Shown in pieces: positions 1-13,345 of a stretch of DNA of 64,000 bases. Numbering within the stretch: the first letter of the stretch is position 1; each line of letters starts with the position of its first letter. Made by a program: the position numbers and the translations under genes. The notes under the pieces were generated by a model that was not told the DNA's origin, made no database searches, and was given only the letters and a program-made list of their open reading frames with translations. Source of the DNA: Adineta vaga (lineage: Eukaryota > Animalia > Rotifera); NCBI GenBank assembly GCA_021613535.1, contig CP075492.1:5332001-5396000 (forward strand). Reading direction: 5' to 3'.

Positions 1-3000
1 GTGTTAAATCACAGAGAACGGATACAGTTCGAAATTGGAAACTGATCATATTACGGTAATCAGCAGCGATAGAAGCTCTCGACATAATTTGGAACGTTTT
101 TACTAATGCATCATCCCATTCTGGTGTATTAAATATACTAGAACATATTTGATGATATTTTGGTTTCAGTTCAAGAATAAATCGATGATATTTAATTGCA
201 ATATGATTACAAGAACATTGTAAAGTTGAAGAATATTGCTTAAGTAGATCTTGGTATTGAGATACAGTGGGTGATCGAATAATGTATGTGTTTGTCTGTT
301 GTTTTAAGGATGTATATAGAAGAAGAATAAATAAGAAGGTGATTAATAGAATTAAATAGATTCGTGTTTTATATCGATTTTGATAGATAATTCTGATATT
401 TTGTGATGGTGGAATAGCTGGAAAGAGATCTAATTCAATGATACGTTTTCGAATAAAACTGTTCAAAGATCGAAATCGAATTGAAATAGATTGATTTGGT
501 GAGGGATGTCTAAAATAATTCCATAGTCTGATTAGTAGTCCAACAATTAGTGATGTTAAGAAACGTAAAATAATATTTAAACCACCAATTAAACCAAAAA
601 TAGTTGTGAAAATATAAATCATTTGTAATCGACTTTCAATTGAGTACTGACATATCAATGGATGACATTCATGAAAATATGATTGAAATGAACTTTGATT
701 ATACCATGAATGAACAAAAAGATTATTTACTAAAGATGCAATTGTTAAATGTCGCTGATCATCAGAAGAGAATGATTGAAGTATCGTAAAATTGGTTGAT
801 GTTGAATTAATAAACTGTTGAATATAAGAAAGACATGTTTGATTATAAAAACATTCTAATGTCGATATAAGAACTGAGTGAAAAGGAAACCAAGTATGCA
901 TCATTCCTGGAATAATAATTTCAATTGTATTATCATTAATGATTGTTTTCATGTAACATAAACTATCAGACGTAGGATTACAAATACAGCGTGATGGATA
1001 AATAGATACTACCTCACAACCAGGTTTGTCAGTAATCCAGTAATAACTTATTTTTACCCCAAGAAACGAATTACCATAGATATCAACAGTTTTATAAAAC
1101 TCGGTATTTTTCGATGAAATAAATTGATTAATATCAAAATTTGATTTAATCATTTGAGTAATAGATTGATAGGATACAAGTGTAGTTCTTTGATATTGTT
1201 CCAAAAGTAGATTAATTTGTTGTTGAAATGAACTATTACTGAGAGCTTTTTGACTAATCAATTCTTTTCGATAGAAAGAATACAATGAATCAGTGATTGT
1301 TTGATTGGCCATTTGACAAAGAGTAGACAAGAGTTGAAAATAAAATTGAGATTGTGAACGAAAATCATGTGTAAAAAGTACTGTTGAAGGTAATTTCATA
1401 AATTCGATATTAATCCATTCAGAAGATATGAATTTACTTGAACAAATTTCATGAAATTGTGGTTCGAGTAAAGAAATAACTTGAGAATATTTAATTGTAT
1501 TTTGTGAACATGGACAATTCAATGTTAATGGATATTGTTGATAAAGCTGAAGAAATTGTGATAATGTTGGTGAGTTAACAGTAAATGTTGTTAGAGGTGT
1601 TTTAATCATATTGAATAGAATCAGAATAATTAAAGAAATAGATAAGAAAAGAAGATAGATTCGTGTAATTAATCGTTCTTGTTGTAGTTTATGTTCGTCA
1701 GTAGTTGATGGAGTTTTTTCAAAAAGATTCAATGTAATTAGTTTTTTTTTACACCATCGAGAGAAAAGAAGTACTTCTATAGAATAATGGAAAGAAGAAT
1801 TATGCATGAATGAAAAAATTTCTAATTTATACTGTTTCCTTCTTGTAATTGTATATGACGTTGTTGTTTCCGTTGAATTAAACTCCATGTGATTCGAACA
1901 AGTAATGGCGCGAGAATTTTAATTGTTGATGACAATCCACCGAATAAACCAATCAATAATGTGATAATATGTAAAAATGAATGTTTAATACTATTTGTAT
2001 ATTGACATAGATCAGGTGAACAATGATTATAATATCGTTCATATGATGTTGTATTTAACCATTGTGAAACAAAGAGATGATTGAGTACAGTTTCAATAGT
2101 TAAAGTTGAAATCGAGGAATTTAATTTCCGAAAAGTTTTCGATGAATTTGTCAGTATGTCAATAAATGTTTGATTATGAAATGCTTGAAGGGTAGATTGA
2201 AGAAGAGCATTGATCATATAGCAACCGGTTTGAAAGCCCGGAATAGTTGTATTTTGAAATGTTGCTAATCCAAGACAAGTGGTCGAAGTTGAACTTGAAC
2301 AAATACAATTTGATCCATCCAGAAATGTATAATTAATTCCTGTGAAAGGAAGAGAAACTTCCAGACGTGGTTGATAATCATAATTAGGTAAGGCACTAGT
2401 TATTGCAGCACCAGTCATAATTAAACTTTGTGCCGTGATATTTTGTATAAAATTTAATTTCCTTTTAAATGTTTTTGGTAAAACATAAATAAACTCACCA
2501 ATCAAACTATCCATTTGAAGATAAAATGAATTACTAGAAATTAATTTTGATTGAATAAATTCTGTTATATAAAATTGTTTAAGTGCATTTTTGATGATAT
2601 TTTCTACTAAATAACATAATGCTTGTAGAGTTTGAAATTGAAATGCCGCTATACGACGAATATCATGATTTAAAGAATTATTCCAACTTTGATTATAGAG
2701 TATAAAGAGTTGATCAATCCATTCATTAGAGACTAGATCACTGTCACATAAATCATTATTAACGACATTGATAGTAAGAAATTCTTCATATTTAATATCT
2801 ATTTTTGAACAAGAACATTGCAATGTTGGATAGGATATGAATGATGAATATTCTTGAAATGACGGTGATTCGATTATAAATATTTGAGTAAATGATCCAA
2901 TTGAATAATATGAAATAAGCATAAGTAGAGATATTGAAAGAAGAATTAGATAAAATCGAGATGATCGTCGTTCATTTTGTATTATATCAATATTATCACT

Positions 3001-3069
3001 TCCAGTTGTATAGAAATTTAATTCTAATAAAAAAGATCTTAATTTTGTTAGAAACAAACGTATATTCAT
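1..3069 (-). CDS. Multi-pass membrane protein built from >=3 tandem ~430-aa modules (TM - Cys-rich loop - TM); runs off the left window edge
   Basis: ATG at 3069 (3108 is a TTG). Exon 1 3069-1833; 56-nt GT-AG intron 1832-1777 (phase 1); exon 2 1776 to <1 open throughout. Recurring motifs: R(F/I)YL(I/L)xL TM, L(Q/N)C(S/P)C, CxS, W, D(I/F/Y)R, FQxLxxLC, CIC, Y(Y/F)xxCxPxxCQY, GL(F/I)GGL TM. Confidence 0.85.
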
Positions 3070-3257
3070 ATCAAAAAGAAACAGAACTTTTAACAACTGA
3101 AGTATCAAATTTTGATGGAAAAAAATATTCTTTTTTTTTCTGTGTTTATAATAATAAAATGACGTAGTTAAATATTACCTCTCGGTTGATTGATCACTAT
3201 ACTTAAGTTTTAATAATCTTATATATATAAGAGAATAAGACGCATTTCTAAAATTCC

Positions 3258-6200
3258 ATGATGATTTTACTTATTTTTATACAATTGTTCATCGTGCTAT
3301 CAAATCAATTTAATCTGGATGGTATTCGACACAATTGTTTAACTGAATGGAAATTTGAAGAAAATTTTACATTTATTGAAATGTATGAGAAAAATATAAC
3401 GAGTGAAGAATTATACCATTGGTCAGCTCCACTTGATATTATCGAACATTATCAATTCTATCTTGATCAAGTGCAATTACATACAATCAATTTATCATCG
3501 ATAGAAACACAATTATACTATAATTGTACATTATCAAGATTTGGTTCTCGATGTGAATATGAATTGGTATGTGATGAAAAAGTTGATTGTTTAAATGATG
3601 CAGTCGATGAAAAATATTGTTGGCAACTATATATTAATGAATGTGAAGAGAATGAATTTCGATGTAAAAATGGACAATGTATTTCAAATATATTTCTGAA
3701 TGATCACCGTATGGGTTATGAATGTCTAGATAGATCAGATATAACGATATATAACAGAATGCATGAATTCTTAGTAAGTCAAGAACCATAGTATTCTATT
3801 ATGAAGATATACAATGTTCCAATCGATTTCCTGTTGCGGGAAATCAGTTTAACTAGTTCGTGTCATGAAATACGCACTCACGTATTAAAAACGATGATGT
3901 TAATGGATACGCCAGAATTCATATCTGATGCAGATTGTTGGTTAGCCTTTCGATGTCGCTATGAAATTCATTCTATGTGTCAAACTATTGATGCTAATAA
4001 AACAATACTTATATAGTCATCTCTATATAGGTTATCTACCAGAATATATTTGCTATAATCAAAGTTTATGTAATGGTTTCTATCCTACGAATGAACTTTT
4101 ATTTCTTAATCACAGTACATGCCGTCGTCCAAAAGATTTTCCAGTGACATTCGATGATACATCATCACTAACCATATCGGATTATCTTATTATGCAGCAA
4201 TATTATTCAAGACACTCTCACAATGTAACACAATAATCTATTCAGATCCTATTGCTTGTTCTGTAGGCAAATTCGATACACTTTTCAAATGTACATCATC
4301 AGATAAATGCATTTCGAAAAATCTAATTGGAAATCAAATTTGTGATTGTGGTTATGATCAGTATGGCTACTGTGACGAAGAAACTCAAGATAATGGCCGA
4401 AACAGAATGTGACCAATGGCCATGTATTAATAATTATACACGATGTGATGGTGCTACTGATGAATTGAAATATTGTCGAATGGAACTTGGTAATATAAAT
4501 ACTAAAGATATGTATTGCAAGAATGATAGGCATTATGTTTGTATTCCATCGACAGATGTGTGTAATAAAGTAGAATTATGTCTACAAAATGTTTCGGTCG
4601 ATCCCAATGTAAAAAAAATTTACTGCTCGCTCAAACTATTTTCAGTTTGATGATAGTAATGAAAGAATTATACATTCCTATCAACATTGTCCATTGAAAT
4701 TTAATGTCTATTTAATTTATTCTATTCATCCAGTTCTTTGGACGAAAAACTATTCCGTACATATTGATGTGTATGAAAAAGTCTCAATGATCTACCTAAA
4801 AATGAGAATAAAATCAGTTGCGCAGATTCATTGTGTATCGGCATTTCAGCAGACAATCGATCAATCTGTGTATGTCCACCGAATAGATGGGGTGCGCGAT
4901 GTTTACTTCGTAATAATGCATGTCACGCTTATGAAAATATGCCATGTCTTAATGGAGGTCAATGTATACGAGACGATGGTCATTTAGTTCGTCATGACAA
5001 ATTCAGGTGAAAGATGTGAAATTTTAAATCATAAGATTTCTCTAACATTTGACGAAGATATTATATTACCACAAGCAATTACTTTTCTTTTTATTCAAAT
5101 CAATCGTGAAGGAGTATCACTAATTGGATCTCTTTACAAGAGAATTCCTACGAGTAGAAAAACGATCGTTGTTCATTGGTCCAATTCATATCATCTTGCA
5201 TTAACTCGAATTCATAACAATTTCTATAGTTGTTCCGATGAAAAGGATTGATCTTGTGGTAAATATTACTAAAATCATTACATCATCGGATCGTTGTGAT
5301 CATATAAGTAATGTATTGAACAAGCAAATCGGGAAATTATCAGAAATTCGTCGTATTAAATATTTTCATTTAGCATGTCAGCACCTTCCCTTAAATTTTT
5401 CTTGTTTTTACGATGATGCTTATTTTTGCTTTTGTGATTTTTCTTCACAAAGTATGGCTAATTGTTTTCAACTCAATAGTACAATGAAACATAGTTGTTT
5501 TGGTCAGAATAGTTGTGAGAATGGTGCGGAATGTTTACAAGATAAACTACAATGTCCATCATGTTATTATGGAATACGATGTCAATTCAGTACAAATTTA
5601 TTTAGTCTCTCATTAGATGCTATTTTAGGTTATCATATTCAATCACAAGTAAGTGTATGTTGCAGCAACCATCGATTGTTAAATTCAGTTTAGCATTGAC
5701 TGTTATTATTACTGTGGGCGGACTGATTAATAGTGTTCTATGTTTATTTACATTTAAAAATAAAGAAACAAGACAACTAGGTTGTGGTATTTATCTCTTC
5801 GGATCATCAATCGTAATTCTATTTACTATGATTTTGTTTGCATTAAAATTCGTCCTTCTTGTAGTTACACATACTGTATACATTAATAATCGAACATTTT
5901 TAAATATTCAATGTCGTTCAATTGATTTCTTATTAAAAATTGGTCTGAATATGGATCAATGGTTAAATGCCTGTGTTGTGCTATCGAACGAGCTATTGCT
6001 ACGATAAAAGGTATTCGTTTCAACAGAAAACAAAGTAAACAGATAGCAATATTTATTATTCTTATGATTGCAATAATAAATATTGGTACAAGTATTCTGG
6101 ATCCTTTGCATCGACGATTACTTGATGAAAATGATGATGATAGTGATGTACAACAACGAATTTGGTGTATTGTTCGATATCCATCTCATATTCAAGGATT

Positions 6201-6549
6201 TAATTTAGCTATGAATCTATTTCATTTTTGTATTCCTTTTGCTATTAATTTGATTTCTACTATCGTTATTATTGTATTAACTAGTCGACAACAAATCAAA
6301 GTACAAACTAAGAAGAAATATCAAACTATTGTACGAGAACAACTTCGAAAACATAGATCTATTCTTGTTGCACCAATTCTTTTCGTTTTACTTGCTTTAC
6401 CACGTCTAATTATTTCTATTGTTTCAGGTTGTTTAAAATCTACGAATGAATCATGGATTTTTTTGATTGGTTATTTCTTAGCATTTATTCCACTAATGAT
6501 AAACTGTCACACAAATTCAACTGACACTTCGTTCGCCTGGAATGCATAA
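3258..6549 (+). pseudogene. Fragmented LDL-receptor class A / EGF-repeat rhodopsin-type GPCR
   Basis: Signal peptide; LDLa-like segments (CDEKVDCLNDAVDEKYC, CEENEFRCKNGQCI); EGF-like (CENGAEC, CYYGIRCQF); 7TM pieces (GCGIYL, DQWLNACV/AIERA). Many frameshifts and stops without intron signals, e.g. an extra GT near 5979 and TAG at 3789-3791. Confidence 0.75.
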
Positions 6550-6729
6550 AAAATAGATCTTTGAGTTGAGTACAATCAGTGATTCATTATCATCGAAGCA
6601 TTACATGGTTTGATGTTATCTTTCTTAATGTCAAATTAATAATTGAAAATAAATAAAACTATCATATTCTTCTTTATCTATCGATATATAAATATCAGGG
6701 TGATTTTTGTAAGGAAAACAACTAGCAAT

Positions 6730-7279
6730 ATGATGCATCAAATTTTCATCGTTTTATTCTTGATGAATTTCATTGGAATTACACATGAAGTTTTACTTGA
6801 TGATGGGGAATCAGTGAAAACAAAAGGGAATGAATTGGGTCTATTGATGGAGAAATTTTGGTCAATGAAACCAAAAGTAATGTTAAAAGAACAACCAATA
6901 AGACTCTGCACAATTATCTGGTTTTACTGCTTACCAAACAATACGAGATACATGTGATCATACAAATCAATCTTGTCAATCATTAATGGAATTAGATTCT
7001 TTACCTATGAGTAAGGAAGATGGTTTGATAGTTGATTAATATTTTAGTACGATGATGACATACGAAGTAGTTTTAAGTAAATTAATGGATTCTTTAGAAG
7101 GATCTTGTAATGCATTTGAAGAATATGCATTTATATGTTTAACGAACAAGACTCTCATACAATCGTGTGCTGGTAAAGTTCTCGAGAAAATACTCTATAA
7201 AGATGGTTATAGCAGTTATTACAATTTTATCAAAGAGATAATAAATGCTTTCAAGGATATTATTGCAAAATTAACTTAA
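6730..7279 (+). CDS. Small putative secreted protein, probably frameshifted or intron-containing
   Basis: TATA-like tatataaat near 6685; signal-peptide-like MMHQIFIVLFLMNFIG; gtaagg...ttttag intron-like segment 7011-7047. Frames do not join cleanly. Confidence 0.3.
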
Positions 7280-7894
7280 CTTTCGATTAAAATATTTTAT
7301 TTAATCTTGAAAAGTTTTTCTTCTTTATATAATCATTTTTGAATAAGTGTTGTTAAGGGAATGATTGGTTGAATTCTTCTTCGATTAGCTCTGCATAAAA
7401 TCATATCCATACATTCTCGACGAAACTTAATGCTAAATATCGATCTAAACAAATAAATATACGTAACCATGCTAATGTTTTGCAGTATGGTACAATTAAA
7501 AAATAAATTGAATTTACAAGAAGCAAATTGTCATTGATCGTTCACGAGCATTTCGAAAAAGTCCTCTTATTTCAATTACGAACTTTCTCCTTTTGTCTCT
7601 TGAATTAAGCAATTGTACATGTACGCGTTATAATCCATATTACATAGATTATATAATCAATTCTTTCGTGTTTGATTTCTATGACGTAAGTTTATTTCAA
7701 ATTGTTAATAACATATGTGAACAGAATTTTTTCTAGCGAGTGGATCAACAAATAATGATGTACAAGTTTTTCATTTGTATATATTTTTCTCCACGTTTCT
7801 GTAAATATATACGATCATAAGAGATGAGATTTATTGCATTTTATTATCTTCACGTGCTTCATAACATATATGACTGATAAGATTTCTATTTTAC

Positions 7895-7903
7895 TATATA
7901 AAA
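7895..7903 (+). promoter_or_regulatory. TATA box of the GH5 gene
   Basis: tatataaaa starting 40 nt upstream of ATG 7935. Confidence 0.45.
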
Positions 7904-7934
7904 TACTCAAAGACTTGCATTTTGATGTATAACT

Positions 7935-9352
7935 ATGCTATTTTATACAACAGTCTTTTTTGTTCTTCTTATTCGTATTACACAACAAACAGGATCATTC
8001 GTTAATGTTAAAAATGGTCGTTTAACTTTGAATGATCAAGATTATTTGTATGTTGGCACAAACTTTTGGTACGGTGCTAATCTAGGTTCAACAGGACCCG
8101 GTGGTAATCGTACACGTCTCTTACGTGAATTAGATCGTTTGCATTCATTAGGAATTGATAATCTACGTGTACAAGCAGGTAGTGAAGGTCCTAACACAGA
8201 ACCATGGCGTATTGTTCCTTCGATGCAACGTGAACCTGGTTTATATGATGATACCATTTTGGATGGTCTCGATTTTCTTTTATATGAAATGGGTCAACGA
8301 AAAATGCGAGCAGTAATGTGTTTGAATAATTTTTGGCATTGGTCAGGAGGTTATGCTCAATATATCGTATGGGCTGGTGGTGCTACTTCTATTCCTTATC
8401 CAGGTGATTATAATGCATTTGAATTATTTTCTGCACGATTTTATCAGTTACCAGTCGCAGTAGAATTGTTTAATAAGCACATTCAATTTATTATGAAACG
8501 TACAAATAAATATAATAATATAGCTTATACTGACGATTCGACTATTGTAAGTTGATAGTTCATGAATTTTCCATTTGTTATCAATTTTATTCGTAAATAA
8601 ATTTCATTTAGATGTCATGGGAATTGGCTAATGAACCTCGTCGTTTAGATTTAGCTTGGGTGAATCGAACAGCATGTTTAATTAAACAATTAGCTCCCAA
8701 ACAACTTGTTACGACAGGTGTTGAAGGAAACATTTCTTCAAAGAATTTCTCGAATGATCATGCTAGTCCATGTATCGATTATGCTACATTTCATTTATGG
8801 GTACAAAATTGGAATATTTATGATCCACACAATGCTTCTATGACATTTCCATCTGCATTAGAATTTGCTCAAAAATATATTGAATTTCACGCTGCCTACA
8901 AAGATAAACCAGTAGTACTTGAAGAATTTGGTATATCTCGGTAAATAGCAGATTTATTTTATTCTTATAGACTCATTCTTTTTCTTCCCATTAGAGACAA
9001 TGATGATCATAATCCAACAGCATCTGTTACTATACGTGATAAATATTATCGATCTATCTTTCAATGGGCTCGTGATCATCGCATACCCGTCAATTTTTGG
9101 GCATATGGTGGTGAAGGACGACCACGAATAGCACGTGCCAATTGGACACAAGGTGATGATTTTATTGGTGATCCACCTCATGAACCTCAAGGTTGGTATT
9201 CCGTCTACGATACAGATCAAAGTACCTTAGAAATTATTCGTCAATTTGCTGCCATCAATTCAGCATCATCTACAAATTTATTACTCTTACCTTTGTGTAA
9301 TCGAATGATGATTTTCTTTTTCATGTCAATACTCACATGTATTTACCTATAG
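7935..9352 (+). CDS. Glycoside hydrolase family 5 (GH5_7-type) beta-mannanase/mannosidase, with signal peptide and C-terminal GPI-like tail
   Basis: Exons 7935-8546, 8612-8940 and 8995-9352; introns of 65 and 54 nt with matching phase. Motifs GTNFWYG, NNFWHWSGG, WELANEPR (acid/base E), VLEEFG (nucleophile E), NFWAYGGEG, GDPPHEPQGWYSVYDTD. Confidence 0.93.
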
Positions 9353-9476
9353 GATTATAAAAAGAAAAATAAGTCATGTGCTCTATTTTTTAGCACACAA
9401 GCGTTAATAATAGTCATTTAATAATTCACACACACACCCTCAAGATTTAAAAGATCTTATATTTGTCTCTTTTAAT

Positions 9477-10352
9477 ATGCTCGTTCTAGAATCTTTGTTT
9501 ATTCTATTTGATATTTTCAATATCATATGTCTTACGTTCGTTATTCTTCTCTCATCTTTCTTTCTATTAATAATTATATGTGATAAAACATGCCATACAA
9601 CGCCAATGATTCACATCGCGAATTCATGTTTAGCAATACTAATATGTGCCAGTGACATGTGTTGGATATGTATTTCTACACTTCGAAATGATCTTCGACA
9701 AGTTCATATTCAATATGTACTATGTGTATTCAGCGGTTATTTAACTTATGTGACATGTGCAGTTCTTAATTATTCATTTCTATTACAAGCATTCTATCGT
9801 TATGTTACTGTTGTTTATCCTTCATATCTATCTTGGCAATCAGAACAAAGTCAAATACTATTGATTGTTATTGCATGGATATATGCATTAATATTTCCTA
9901 TAGGATTTATGTTCGTTGGTGAAATCGTTTACAATAGTGATAATCAGATTTGTCAAATACCTCTTCGACTTTCATTTACAATGATTTTTGTCACTCTATC
10001 TCTTTATATTAGTCCTCTATTATCAACAATGTTAATCTATTACAAATTAATTCGATATGTTTATAAAATGAATAAACGTATCATACTTGTGAATACATTA
10101 TCACGTGCTCAAAATGAATTAAAAATGGTTCGTCGAGCAGTGACACTATTGATACTTTTATTTACAATGGATTTTCCATATGCTTTATTTTTATTTATAT
10201 CATTCTTTACATCACCTCCACAATATCATTTTCGAATTGCTTATATATTTATTAATATTGCATTAGCATGTGCTATCATTATGTTATTTCAATTTACAGA
10301 TACATTAAAAGCATCAATTCGAACTATTTTTCCTACCAGCGATGAGATTTAA
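9477..10352 (+). CDS. Rhodopsin-like (class A) GPCR, single exon
   Basis: Seven hydrophobic segments; IANSCLA; C in TM3; QAFYRYVTVVYP (DRY equivalent); W in TM4; loop C; FPY in TM6. Confidence 0.85.
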   Translation: MLVLESLFILFDIFNIICLTFVILLSSFFLLIIICDKTCHTTPMIHIANSCLAILICASDMCWICISTLRNDLRQVHIQYVLCVFSGYLTYVTCAVLNYSFLLQAFYRYVTVVYPSYLSWQSEQSQILLIVIAWIYALIFPIGFMFVGEIVYNSDNQICQIPLRLSFTMIFVTLSLYISPLLSTMLIYYKLIRYVYKMNKRIILVNTLSRAQNELKMVRRAVTLLILLFTMDFPYALFLFISFFTSPPQYHFRIAYIFINIALACAIIMLFQFTDTLKASIRTIFPTSDEI

Positions 10353-11604
10353 AAATATTCGCAAAAAGACTTTTGATTGAAACAAAAAAAATGATTTAAC
10401 ATGATCACTCGTCCATATTGAATAATTAGTACAATGTGGTATAGGTCGCTTTAAAGAGGAAAAAAACTAAAGTTTGATTTATTTGAATGTTTTTCATCCT
10501 CACTCATTCCATTAATAAGACAACACGAATGAGCAGCACTTGAAACTAATGCCGTAGACCACACGGCCATACTGTCGACATATAGTCATTTCAGTCAATA
10601 TTTTGCTCCTGTAGAAGTATTACATCATCTTATGCTACATTTATATACACCTTTTTACCGTTCTTATTTACTTCGACGCACGTCACATTTTATTATTAAA
10701 ACTTTTTACAGGATGGCATTTAGCCTTTGGTTTAGGTACTATTATCCTTCTCGCATATCAGCTGCTTCAATGGCCATACAATTACTATTAGTTATTAGTG
10801 TTGCTACATGGATTCAATTGAGTGGTGGCGTATTTTCTACTCTTGGACTTGCAGCATTTGCAGTTGATGCTTGTTTTGGTCTCTTTTTCGCAATATGCAG
10901 TATAAAGAAAAGTATCGCATGTATAAAAAGAAATGGCGGAAGTTTTTTTCTATTTTGAGGTATAACCAAAAAAGATCTCCTAGTGCAGTACAATCTGAAC
11001 AAACAACTAAGTCAAATAGATTATTAAAAGTAAATGAATAATCTTATTGTGTTTCAATAATATGTCGATCATGCATAATTCCATATCATGAGGATTTCGA
11101 TGAATATATCCATGAATTTCTGGTTGTGTTTTACGAAATAGAATACAAACTAAAAATAAACCAGCTTCATTATCAGTTGGAAATAAATCATAAGCTTCTC
11201 TTATCATAATGAACGATTATTCCACCATTAAATAGTTTTCTTACAGCTTGAACAGATAGTTGTTCTTTTCAATATGAGTTAATGATAAGAAAACATATGC
11301 CATAGCAAATTTTAGAATGCGTTGTATGAGAGAGTATGTGTTCATGAGCGACATCTAACGTCGTACAAGATTATTATTGATCAATAGTATTTAAAAACTA
11401 TTTTTTAAAATAAATTAGAATTACATGAATAGTTTATTGATTGATTTGATTGAATTTAAAATAAAACAAAATCTTTCTATCTATTGTTTATTGGTTAAGA
11501 TTAGTTAATCAATCAAAGACTGAACAGTACAACTGTACCAAAACAAAGAACTAACGTTAACAATCACTTTTTTCACTTATATAGTATTGTTCGTCTATTT
11601 TCCA

Positions 11605-13231
11605 ATGAATTTAACGGACGGTTTAAGTTTAATTGGATGGCGATTAAAACGTGATGCTGAAATTCAAGGTTTTTGTTTTATTTATCATATAAAGTCATTT
11701 TCATCATACAACTTTTCTTTAGCACGTAAAAATGAAATCAATTTTGAATGTGATGTTGAACCTACATCTACGTCATATGCAGCTGCGGAATATGCATCTG
11801 TCATCGATGATAATTATAATATCGATCTTTGTTTAGAAGTTGATTCGATTGATATAAATGGATCGTCTCAAGATACCAATAATGATTATGATCCATACGA
11901 AGTATTTATGCGATTAAACACACGTCGAACAGGCGCTAGTGCTGGACGTGATCGGGCACCACTTACCATATTACCATCACTAACATCATCGGGATCATCT
12001 CTTGTAAATAATTATCGTAATTATAATTTTGCAGATGATGATACATCAGTGAAATATCCATTAGCGATTGGAATTGTTGACAAACGTTCAAAACAACAAC
12101 AACAACAACAACAACCGAATCGTGGTGGACTTTCTTCATCAATACATGTTCGTCAAAATAATGTGTCAAATATACGTCGACCAATGTCCTCGACTAACAA
12201 TCCTTCATTAAAACGAGTTACATTTCGTCAATCCGAAGATGAATTTGATATTGATGATAATGATGAGGATCAGTTTAATAATGATCTACGTCGTAGAAAT
12301 AAATTACCTAAGCGTACAGCTGCTCGAATAGCTGTTCAACGTTTTCGTGGTCATAATCAACGATCATTATCTTCTGCAAACGACGATGATCTAGATGATG
12401 ATATTGCTCCAACAGTAACAGAAATGGATATGTTAGAAGATGAAGATGAAGATGATGAACCGATTAAGAAATCCATGTCTTCTCCAATGAAACCATCAAT
12501 GCCACCATCATCATTATCTCAAAATAAACCTACAACAACAAGTAAATCATCTTATATAGGTAATATGTTACCTAGTTTTTACGAACAATTACCAGAATCG
12601 AAAAAAATGTTATTACAAGATGCTACGGTCGATTCCTCATCGAAGAATTCGAATGTAGGTGGAGAAGAAATAGTTGATGAAGAAAATCGTCTACAATTTC
12701 GTAATACAACACCCATACAAGGATATAAACGAACGAATCATCTTCAAGGTATAAAACGATACTATGGAAATGAAGATAATGATCATGAACAAAATCATCA
12801 ATCAAAAAAACGTACACATGAGTATCTTCAACAACAACAATATCGAAATTCACAAACTCATTATCGCCGAAATGATAATGATGATGATGGTGATGATGCT
12901 TATGATGAAGATTATGATACTAATCAAGATGATGAATATCAACAAACGATAAGAGCACCGGCAAGAAGAGGGTATGTCATTGATTGATTGTTTGAAAATG
13001 ATCTTTTTTTTTAAATTGGATTTTAGTCGTCCACCATCTCAACAATATCAAGAAGATCCAACAAAGAAAAGTGCTCGTTTAATTGCACAATTTGAAGAAC
13101 AACATGGTTTGAAATTAGGTGAAATGCGTGTTTATGCACCAAAACTTCGTCTACGGATATCCAGTGTCAATGTTAATTGGATCAATTTACCACCAATACC
13201 AAAGTTTCCTAATAAAATTCATCATTCTTAG
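11605..13231 (+). CDS. Low-complexity acidic/disordered protein with a C-terminal AT-hook-like motif (start uncertain)
   Basis: ORF 11587-12987 plus last exon 13027-13231 via intron 12972-13026; probable in-frame intron 11669-11722. The splice junction creates ARRGRPP. Confidence 0.7.
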
Positions 13232-13345
13232 ACTTAGTCATCCGTCTCTCGACTTGTTTTGTTCTTTGTTTTTTTTTCTCGTCTTTTTCATCATTTTGTA
13301 TATAAATTATACTATTGTCGATATTGCAGATTAACAACAACTAAA

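Noticed and set aside
10632-11207. ORFs 10632-10958(+) and 11007-11207(-)
   Set aside because: No recognisable family or consistent exon structure; possibly gene remnants but unsupported.
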